In this document: positions 1 through 8,250 of the stretch, piece by piece
Layout: each line of letters begins with the position of its first letter
Position numbering within the stretch: position 1 is the first letter of the stretch
Source of the DNA: Octopus sinensis
Taxonomy: Eukaryota
Length of the DNA: 64,000 bases
Reading direction: 5' to 3'
NCBI RefSeq assembly: GCF_006345805.1
Contig: NC_043002.1
Coordinates: forward strand, 70,556,001 to 70,620,000
Position numbers and translations under genes: made by a program
The notes under the pieces: model-generated
The model's input: only the letters and a program-made list of their open reading frames with translations
Told to the model about the DNA's origin: nothing
The model's database searches: none

Positions 1-616
1 GTTACAAGTGTGGCCTGAGGGGTCACATAAGAGCCTTCTGCCCTCCCCCAGGGAAAGAAATGGATTCCGAACCAGAGAGAGAGAAGCAGAAACCAGAGGA
101 GAAGGAAACAGAAGAAGAGAATACACAGAAATGGAAGGAAGCTGGAAGTAAGAGGAAGAGAAGAATACGTGGAAAAGAAAATAATATGGAACTCCAATCC
201 ACCCCAAAACCACCCACGCCCTCTGAGTCCCACCCTATCCATGCAGACATTGAACCCACCCGCTCCCCCCCAACAAGAAAACAAAGAAAAAAAAGAATAC
301 ACACACACAAGAGATTGAAATCGATATCAGGCCGTACATTTGTACTATGACTGAACAGAAAGAAGTTAAAAGTCTAATGGAAGAGTATAAATGGTATGAT
401 GTTGGTGAGACTAGGTATGCTGTGATTGAAAAGAAGAACATAGGTGAGTTTATGGGGAGGTGTGAAAGGAAGAATTGGGAGGTGAAAGATATAAGAATGA
501 GCGATGAATTCGTGGAAAATATGGATGAGTATTTCGGAGTAAGAATGGATATGGAATTTATTCGTATTGGCAAAGAACATTCAAGTGACTATGAAAAACA
601 AAGGACAGGTAAGTGA
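1..616 (+). pseudogene. 3' part of Tx1-like ORF1 protein copy 1, frameshifted
   Basis: Near-identical to the C-terminal half of ORF 953-2368. One A is missing in the A-run near 281-296 (ACAAAG vs ACAAAAG), splitting it into ORFs 60-350 and 347-616. This could be a homopolymer sequencing error. Confidence 0.75.
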
Positions 617-952
617 TGCTGACGGACGGGGCCGTTGGTATCGCTTTCATTTTATCATTTTTTCGTTTAACAATTCATTTTCATAAAGTTTAATTATAAT
701 GTTCTATGTCCCCATGTCTTTTGGTGTCCCCTTCTGTGTCGCCCCTAGTGGGTAATAAAGAAATCAAAAACACGAACCATTTGGTCGGTTGTGTTTTTTT
801 ACGCTCGTAAAATTCGGTAAAAAAGAACAAAAAGCGTTGTTGTTGTTGTGGAAATTCTGAACGGCGTTGACGCGGTTTCGCGTTTCGCTCGTTCAGCGCG
901 TTAAACTTTTTTCTGTTTTGGCGGCCGTTTTCGGTCTGTCAGACAGAAGGAA

Positions 953-2368
953 ATGGACTATGAGTCTCTAACAGACTTGTCCACGACAGATGAGGAACTG
1001 GAACAGGCAATTGCAATGAAGCTGATGGAAGAAAAGCCTGGAGTTTTCGAGTCTTTATCAGACTTGTCTACGTCTGAGAGGGAGCTAGAAATGGCAGCAA
1101 GGAAATTGGAAGAGAAGCTGAGTTATACCTATGCCGGTGTAACCAAGAAGGCGGAAGAGAAAGGGGTCGACTTGGCCAAGCTACCAAGTTACCAGAAACA
1201 CATGAAAAAGGAAAGCGGTGAGGTGGAACTATCACCGACACCCAGGAGAAAAGAATGGTATGATAAGAGGACCATTGTTTACAGGGTGTTCGCAAACGAA
1301 AGGAAGAGGGTAGAAGTTGTAACCATGGAATGGATAGAGGAAGCCCTGCGAAGAACTGAGGAGGAAATAAATTTTCTGACTCGAGGATCCAAGTATGGGA
1401 CCGTAGTTGTGCACTTTAAAAGTGAATCTGCAGCGAGGAAGATGGCAGCGAAGGCGGTGAAGTCGGAAAAGGTAACACTGTTACCTACGTATTTAAACAG
1501 GAGGATTACACGAATAAGGGTGGAGGGAGTGCCACCAAACGTGGAGGCAGAATGGATTGTGGCGGCTGTGATCAGCGGCCACGAGGACGAAGTGGATATT
1601 CTCCATGCCTCGGTTAAGTCCGAGGGCTGGAGAGGCGTAACAGTGGAGCTGAACGTACAGGCAGAGACCGAGGTACTGGTGGACCTGACGGAAAGCATCA
1701 GACTGGGAGAAGTGATCATGAGAGTGTGGGTGGAGGGCAGGGCTCCACGTTGTTACAAGTGTGGCCTGAGGGGTCACATAAGAGCCTTCTGCCCTCCCCC
1801 AGGGAAAGAAATGGATCCCGAACCAGAGAGAGAGAAGCAGAAACCAGAGGAGAAGGAAACAGAGGAAGAGAATACACAGAAATGGAAGGAAGCTGGAAGT
1901 AAGAGGAAGAGAAGAATACGTGGAAAAGAAAATAATATGGAACTCCAATCCACCCCAAAACCACCCACGCCCTCTGAGTCCCACCCTATCCATGCAGACA
2001 TTGAACCCACCCGCTCCCCCCCAACAAGAAAACAAAAGAAAAAAAAGAATACACACACACAAGAGATTGAAATCGATATCAGGCCGTACATTTGTACTAT
2101 GACTGAACAGAAAGAAGTTAAAAGTCTAATGGAAGAGTATAAATGGTATGATGTTGGTGAGACTAGGTATGCTGTGATTGAAAAGAAGAACATAGGTGAC
2201 TTTATGGTGATGTGTGAATGCGAGAATTGGGAGGTGAAAGATATAAGAATGAGCGATGAATTCGTGGAAAATATGGATGAGTATTTCGGAGTAAGAATGG
2301 ATATGGAATTTGTTCGTATTGGCAAGGAACATTCAAGTGACTATGAAAAACAAAGGACAGGTAAGTGA
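953..2368 (+). CDS. Tx1/L1-clade ORF1p-like nucleic-acid-binding protein (471 aa; RRM-like core, CCHC knuckle CYKCGLRGHIRAFC)
   Basis: Intact ORF with a CX2CX4HX4C motif. It aligns by eye to ORF1 of the LINE at 26.8-27.3 kb (KRTIVYRVFAN vs KRTIIYKIINK; VHFKSESAARK...LLPTYLNRRITRIRVEGVP vs VVFHTEELAKR...LIPSYRGQKVTKITLNNVP; VWVEGR vs VVVDGR). Confidence 0.85.
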   Translation: MDYESLTDLSTTDEELEQAIAMKLMEEKPGVFESLSDLSTSERELEMAARKLEEKLSYTYAGVTKKAEEKGVDLAKLPSYQKHMKKESGEVELSPTPRRKEWYDKRTIVYRVFANERKRVEVVTMEWIEEALRRTEEEINFLTRGSKYGTVVVHFKSESAARKMAAKAVKSEKVTLLPTYLNRRITRIRVEGVPPNVEAEWIVAAVISGHEDEVDILHASVKSEGWRGVTVELNVQAETEVLVDLTESIRLGEVIMRVWVEGRAPRCYKCGLRGHIRAFCPPPGKEMDPEPEREKQKPEEKETEEENTQKWKEAGSKRKRRIRGKENNMELQSTPKPPTPSESHPIHADIEPTRSPPTRKQKKKKNTHTQEIEIDIRPYICTMTEQKEVKSLMEEYKWYDVGETRYAVIEKKNIGDFMVMCECENWEVKDIRMSDEFVENMDEYFGVRMDMEFVRIGKEHSSDYEKQRTGK

Positions 2369-2706
2369 TGCTGACGGACGGGGCCGTTGGTATCGCTTTC
2401 ATTTAATCATTTTTTCGTTTAACAATTCATGTTCATAAAGTTTAATTATAATGTTATATGTCCCCATGTTTCTTAGTGTCCCTTTCTGTGTCGCCCCTAG
2501 TGGGTAATAAAGAAATAAAAAAACACGAACCATTTGGTCGGTTGTGTTTTTTTCGGCTGCTGAAAATTCGGTAAAAAAGAAGAAAAAGCGTTGTTGTTGT
2601 TGTGGAAATTCTGAACGGCGTTGACGCGGTTTCGCGTTTCGCTCGTTCAGCGCGTTAAACTTTTTTCTGTTTTGGCGGCCGTTTTCGGTCTGTCAGACGG
2701 AAGGAA

Positions 2707-4128
2707 ATGGACTATGAGTCTCTAACAGACTTGTCCACGACAGATGAGGAACTGGAACAGGCAATTGCAATGAAGCTGATGGAAGAAAAGCCTGGAGTTT
2801 TCGAGTCTTTATCAGACTTGTCTACGTCTGAGAGGGAGCTAGAAATGACAGCAAGGAAATTGGAAGAGAAGCTGAGTTATACCTATGCCGGTGTAACCAA
2901 GAAGGCGGAAGAGAAAGGGGTCGAGTTGGCCAAGTTGCCAAGTTACCAGAAATACATGAAAAAGGAAAGCGGTGAGGTGGAACTATCACCGACACCCAGG
3001 AGAAAAGAATGGTATGATAAGAGGACCATTATTTACAGGGTGTTCGCAAACGAAAGGAAGAGGGTAGAAGTTGTAACCATGGAATGGATAGAGGAAGCCC
3101 TGCGAAGAACTGAGGAGGAAATTAATTTTCTGACTCGAGGATCCAAGTACGGAACCGTAGTGGTACATTTTAAAAGTGAATCTGCAGCGAGGAAGATGGC
3201 GGCGAAGGCGGTGAAGTCAGAAAAGGTAACACTGTTACCTACGTATTTAAACAGGAGGATTACACGAATAAGGGTGGAGGGAGTGCCACCAAACGTGGAG
3301 GCAGAATGGATTGTGGCGGCTGTGATCAGCGGCCACGAGGAGGAAGTAGATATTCTCCATGCCTCGGCTAAGTCCGAGGGCTGGAGAGGCGTAACAGTGG
3401 AGCTGAACGTACAGGCAGAGACCGAGGTACTGGTGGACCTGACGGAAAGCATCAGATTGGGAGACGTGATCATGAGAGTGTGGGTGGAGGGCAGGGCTCC
3501 ACGTTGTTACAAGTGTGGCCTGAGGGGTCACATAAGAGCCTTCTGCCCTCCCCCAGGGAAAGAAATGGATTCCGAACCAGAGAGAGAGAAGCAGAAACCA
3601 GAGGAGAAGGAGACAGTAGAAGAAGAAGAGAATACACAGAAATGGAAGGAAGCTGGAAATAAGAGGAAGAGAAGAATACGTGGAAAAGAAAATAATATGG
3701 AACACCAATCTACCCCAAAACCACCCACACCCTCTGAGTCCCACCCTATCCATGCAGACATTGAACCCACCCGCTCCCCCCCAACAAGAAAACAAAAGAA
3801 AAAAAAGAATACAAACACACAAGAGATTGAAATCGATATCAGGATGTACATTTGTACTATGACTGAACAGAAAGAAGTTAAAAGTCTAATGGAAGAGTAT
3901 AAATGGTATGATGTTGGTGAGACTAGGTATGCTGTGATTGAAAAGAAGAACATAGGTGAGTTTATGGTGAGGTGTGAAAGGGAGAATTGGGAGGTGAAAG
4001 ATATAAGAATGAGCGATGAATTCGTGGAAAATATGGATGAGTATTTCGGAGTAAGAATGGATATGGAATTTATTCGTATTGGCAAAGAACATTCAAGTGA
4101 CTATGAAAAACAAAGGACAGGTAAGTGA
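2707..4128 (+). CDS. Tx1/L1-clade ORF1p-like protein, copy 3 (473 aa)
   Basis: Intact paralog of 953-2368 with a few substitutions and a 2-aa insertion in the acidic linker. Confidence 0.85.
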   Translation: MDYESLTDLSTTDEELEQAIAMKLMEEKPGVFESLSDLSTSERELEMTARKLEEKLSYTYAGVTKKAEEKGVELAKLPSYQKYMKKESGEVELSPTPRRKEWYDKRTIIYRVFANERKRVEVVTMEWIEEALRRTEEEINFLTRGSKYGTVVVHFKSESAARKMAAKAVKSEKVTLLPTYLNRRITRIRVEGVPPNVEAEWIVAAVISGHEEEVDILHASAKSEGWRGVTVELNVQAETEVLVDLTESIRLGDVIMRVWVEGRAPRCYKCGLRGHIRAFCPPPGKEMDSEPEREKQKPEEKETVEEEENTQKWKEAGNKRKRRIRGKENNMEHQSTPKPPTPSESHPIHADIEPTRSPPTRKQKKKKNTNTQEIEIDIRMYICTMTEQKEVKSLMEEYKWYDVGETRYAVIEKKNIGEFMVRCERENWEVKDIRMSDEFVENMDEYFGVRMDMEFIRIGKEHSSDYEKQRTGK

Positions 4129-4561
4129 TGCTGACGGACGGGGCCGTTGGTATCGCTTTCATTTTATCATTTTTTCGTTTAACAATTCATTTTCATAAAT
4201 TTTAATTATAATGTTCTATGTCCCCATGTCTCTTGGTGTCCCCCTCTGTGTCGCCCCTAGTGGGTAATAAAGAATCAACAAACATGAACTATTATTGTTC
4301 TTAAATGTGACAGGAAAGGGGAGGCTGATTCGCTGGTGCAAATGTAATACATATAGTCGCGTTAGCAAAGAGATGAGTGTTTGACACCTACGCAGACAGG
4401 CAAGTCTTTTTTTCCGTGAGGGCTTTTATACTTCATTTATTAGACTATTTTCATGAGTCATTGCACGTTGATCACAATAAGATTTAAGTTTATATAAAAA
4501 TATCATTAATATTATTTACAGGAATGTAAACGGCGCCGTATAAAAAGAACCATTCGCACCG

Positions 4562-4606
<45 letters not shown>

Positions 4607-4607
<1 letters not shown>

Positions 4608-4780
4608 TATATTAAATTAGAGACAAAACCACTATTAGGCAAATCAAACAATGAAAGACTTAAGCCTTATTTTTTTAATAATTGCTACATATTTAAATAA
4701 TATAAATTAATTTATGTATTGGCTTAAGTCTTTCATTGTTTGATTTGCCTAATAGTGGTTTTGTCTCTAATTTAATATAA
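4607..4780. repeat. Foldback inverted repeat (60-bp perfect arms, 54-bp spacer) within (TA)n
   Basis: 4607-4666 is the reverse complement of 4721-4780. (TA)n tracts lie at ~4566-4606 and ~4847-4862. Confidence 0.9.
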
Positions 4781-4863
4781 TATAATATTGGATTCAATCC
4801 TAAATCTGATTTTTCCCTGTAAGTTTGGATTTATTCCCTAATATTTATTATATATATATATAT

Positions 4864-5192
4864 GAAGACTCAGTGGTTAGAGCGTCGAGCTTACGATCGT
4901 GAGGTTGTGAGTTCGAATCCCGGACCGGGCTACGTGTTGTGTTCTTGAGCAAGACACTTTATTTCACGTTGCTTCAGTTCACTCAGGTGTAGAAATGAGT
5001 TGCAACATCACAGGAACCAAGCTGTATCGGCCTATGTCTCTCCCTTGGATAATACTGTTGGCGTGGAGAGGGGAGGTCGGTATGCATAGGCGACTGCTTG
5101 TCTTCCATAAACAGCCTTGCCCGGACATGTGCCTGGGAGGGTAACTTTCTAGGTGCAATACCACGGTCAGTCATGACCGAAGGGGGTCTCAA
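4864..5192 (+). mobile_element. tRNA-derived SINE (family E here)
   Basis: A box TCAGTGGTTAGAGCG and B box GAGTTCGAATCC, followed by the body GTGTTCTTGAGCAAGACACTTTATTTCACGTTGC. Antisense fragments of the same body occur at ~13935-14075 and ~48810-48945. Confidence 0.8.
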
Positions 5193-6500
5193 CATATATA
5201 TATATATATATATGCATAAACATACATGTGTGTTTGTGTGTATCCATTTATCTGTGTATACCTGTATGGGGTCATTATCAGATATCGAAAAGTAGCACTT
5301 CCTGTAGTTTTGGTATTTCTCCTTACAATTAATTCTATGCAATATTAGATTGGTTTCTTGCTAATTGTACGCCGTGTGTATTCGTAGCGATGAAAATTCC
5401 CAATCACAAATTCGTAATGACAACAGCAAAAGGAATACCAGCATTTATCTCTGCTTCATAAATTGGTATTGTGCCCAAATGATAAACTACTACTAAGAGA
5501 AAAAAAAATCGTAGAAACGAAATAGCAAATGGATTATGGTAATGACATAAAAAACTATACACTAAAAATCGTAATATTTTTATTTTGATTATTGCACCAT
5601 GAAATGAAATGCAGCCCTCACTTAAAACACTGAATACGAAATACATATATCTCATTTAAAACAGAATCAATATTTTTTTCGAGATTAATGCATTTTAGAA
5701 ATATATTACTTTTCTAAATCGAAACCATACATAATAAATAAATTATTAAATACCTGAATGGCATTAAACAACGTGCCTCTGGCTGTGCTTAAATGGAAAA
5801 TAGCTTTAACGACTCTCTGACGGCATTTAAAAAACAAAATATGAAATTTAATAGTTTCATACTGTATTATTATATATTCCACCATAAAATTCACTTTATT
5901 ATTCTCAAATTCCTTTAATATTTTATAACTAGTTCTATTATTTTTATGAATGTAATCAGTGGAATTTGCAGTTTTGCTTTCTCTTTGGTCTCTGCTTTAC
6001 AATTTACCTTTCTCGAGCAATTGAAGCAACGTGCACACGACCTAACCCGAGACTTTTGAACTTGTGCGTGTTAAAAGTACTGAAAAATTTTTTTTTCAGC
6101 TTACGCATATTATATATTCAAACACCTTTCTTTAATAAAGTAAACGTTAGATATCCATTGGCTGTGTTACTTGAGGTAATTAGAACCTAGTTTGAAATGT
6201 AGTATAAACCGGACTTGCTGCTGAATTCCATATTGCTATTTGAATTAAGAAATGTACGCTATAGAAAAAAGGATTTAATGATATTTCACTTTGATGACTT
6301 GAGCAACGAACCCGTATTACTTCATAGTACTTATTCACGGTGCAATTGTGATTTAGGCTGAGTGAAGTTAAATGCAATATGCACTTGATCATTTCTGCCA
6401 ACACACTACGTTTGAATTTTTGACATATCTTGTGACCTAGGGAGAGAAAATAGGAAGTAGTGATTCGCATGATTTCTGAAAAGGTATATTAACCCTATGG

Positions 6501-6884
6501 TTGGAAAAACTCCGTCGGTTACGACGATGAGGGTTCCGGTTGATCCGAATCAACGGAACAGCCTGCTCGTGAAATTAACGTGTAAGTGGCTGAGCACTCC
6601 ACAGACACGTGCACCCTTAACGTAGTTCTCGGGGATATTCAGCGTGACACAGAGTGACAAGGCCGGCCCTTTGAAATATAGGTACAACAGAAACAGGAAG
6701 TAAGAGTGAGAGAAAGTTGTGGTGAAAGAGTACAGCAGGGATCACCACCATCCGCTGCCGGAGCCTCGTGGAGCTTTTAGGCGTTTTCGCTCAATAAACA
6801 CTCACAACGCCTGGTCTGGGAATCGAAACCGCTATCCTATGACCGCGAGTCCGCTGCCCTAACTACTGGGCCTTTGCGCCTCCG
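6501..6884 (-). mobile_element. tRNA-derived SINE (family A here) with 13-bp TSD
   Basis: The tRNA head lies at the right end. TSD ATTAACCCTATGG is at 6488-6500 and 6885-6897. Homologous copies are at 15738-16115 and 45047-45432. Confidence 0.88.
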
Positions 6885-6895
6885 ATTAACCCTAT

Positions 6896-7215
6896 GGAGG
6901 CGCAATGGCCCAGTGGTGAGGGCAGTGGACTCACGCTCGGAGGATCGTGGTTTCGATTCCCAGACTGGGCGTTGTGTGTGTTTATTGAGCAATACACCTA
7001 ACGCTCCATCTGGCTTCGGCAGGGGGTGGCAGTGACCCCTGTTGTACTCTTTCGCCTCAACTTTCTCTCACTCTTTCTTCCTGTTTCTTGAGTAACGCTG
7101 CGATGGACTGGCATCTCGTCCAGCTGAGGTGGGAGGAACACATACGCCACAGAAACCGGGAAACCGGGCCCATGAGCCTGGCTAGGCTTGAAAAAGGCGC
7201 ATAAATAAAATAAAT
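6896..7215 (+). mobile_element. tRNA-derived SINE with family-A head but a different 3' half (V/Meta-domain-like)
   Basis: Shares about the first 190 bp with the adjacent antisense copy, then diverges into GCTGCGATGGACTGGCATCTCGTCCAG...CCACAGAAACCGGG, which resembles V-SINE/MetaSINE central domains (from memory). Tail is (TAAA)n. Confidence 0.7.
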
Positions 7216-7847
7216 ACGAGACTTATACATTTAGTGAAACAACCAGTCATCAACAAATGATCGGTACTATACTGGTTCATAAAGGGCAGTTGTATGTATG
7301 ATAACTAGAGTCCTATTCCATCTCCCTGTTTAGAATCTATTTGTTTATTTTCTTTAACTGGGTTCAGTCCATTAAACGCTTTTGGACCAGGGTTCCAGTC
7401 CGAAGATAACGCAGCAAATTAATTCAATTTTCCATAGTGTATCAATGAAACACTTGTGATTTCCTCGTCTTCTTTTCACCCAGAAATCGTGGAAACAGAG
7501 TTACGAATGCTGCTCTTTTGTAAGGTACTAAGATAGAAAATATATTGAGAAGACGTATGGAGATAATCGTAAAATGAAACACTGAACTATAATCCTTTCA
7601 AGATATATATGTGTTAATGCATATATGGTTTCATATTCTCATTTGAACTTCTTAAGCCTAAGCCTCGAAATCTACCTTTTATTTTACTGTAAGAGACAAA
7701 ATATATTTCAATAGTGAACGCTTGTGTTTATATGCTAAATCCTACACCATCAAACAAAAGCACAGTATTCTGTTTATTTAATAGAAACCATTATAATATT
7801 CCATCGCATCATCAGGATATATCCACAGAATTAATTTACGGTGACGA

Positions 7848-8250
7848 TAAGGCGGCGAGCTGGCAGAAACGTTAGTACGCCAGGCAACATACGTATCCGT
7901 ATTTCGTCTGCCGTTACGTTCTGAGTTCAGATCCCGCCGATCTCGACTTTACCTTTTATCCTTTCGGGGTCGATTAAATAAGTACCAGTTACGCACTGGG
8001 GTCGATATAATCGACTTAATCCGTTTGTCTGTCCTTGTTTGGCGTCTCTGTGTTTAGCCCCTTGTGGGTAGCGAAGAAATAGGTATTTCGTCTGTCTTTA
8101 TGTTCTGAGTTCAAATTCCGTCGAGGTCGACTTTGCCGTTCATCCTTTTGGGGTCGATAGATTAAATGCCAGTTGCGCACTGAGATCGATCTAATCGGCT
8201 AGCCCCTTCCCCCAAAATTTCAGGCCTTGTGCCCGGAGTAGAAAAGAATT
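7848..8250 (+). mobile_element. Dimeric tRNA-derived SINE with two Deu/Nin-like domains (family B)
   Basis: Head TAAGGCGGCGAGCTGGCAGAAACG, two copies of GAGGTCGACTTT..CATCCTTTCGGGGTCGAT..AAGTACCAG, and an internal Tx1-like tail CCCCTTGTGGGTAG. Confidence 0.8.

Larger units (their letters stand above)
1..4293 (+). mobile_element. Head-to-tail tandem array of ~1.75-kb ORF1-only Tx1-like retroelement units (one partial plus two complete; continues left of window)
   Basis: ORF starts at 953 and 2707 (period 1754) and stops at 616/2368/4128. Each unit is a CpG-rich ~190-bp leader, the ORF and a ~150-bp 3' UTR ending GTCGCCCCTAGTGGGTAATAAAGAA. No APE or RT coding sequence is present. Confidence 0.85.

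Noticed and set aside
2357-2368. Perfect splice donor CAG|GTAAGT overlapping the stop of each tandem ORF, suggesting spliced poly-ORF transcripts
   Set aside because: Joining it to the candidate acceptors just upstream of the next unit's ATG (TCAG|AC or ACAG|AA) is out of frame, and the second acceptor is absent in unit 3. There is no support without RNA data.
1068-4092. Antisense ORFs up to 191 aa over the tandem array
   Set aside because: They are shadows of the purine-rich sense ORF. They have no recognisable motifs, and the silent-site bias fits the sense frame.
1-4293. Array read as a prokaryotic/CRISPR-like or retroviral gag locus
   Set aside because: There are no short repeat-spacer units, LTR, PBS or protease. 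Homology points to the Tx1 ORF1 in the same window.
4864-4935. tRNA-like sequence as a real tRNA gene (also ~6896-6965 and ~44360-44425)
   Set aside because: No clean cloverleaf or acceptor stem, and each runs directly into a repeated SINE body.
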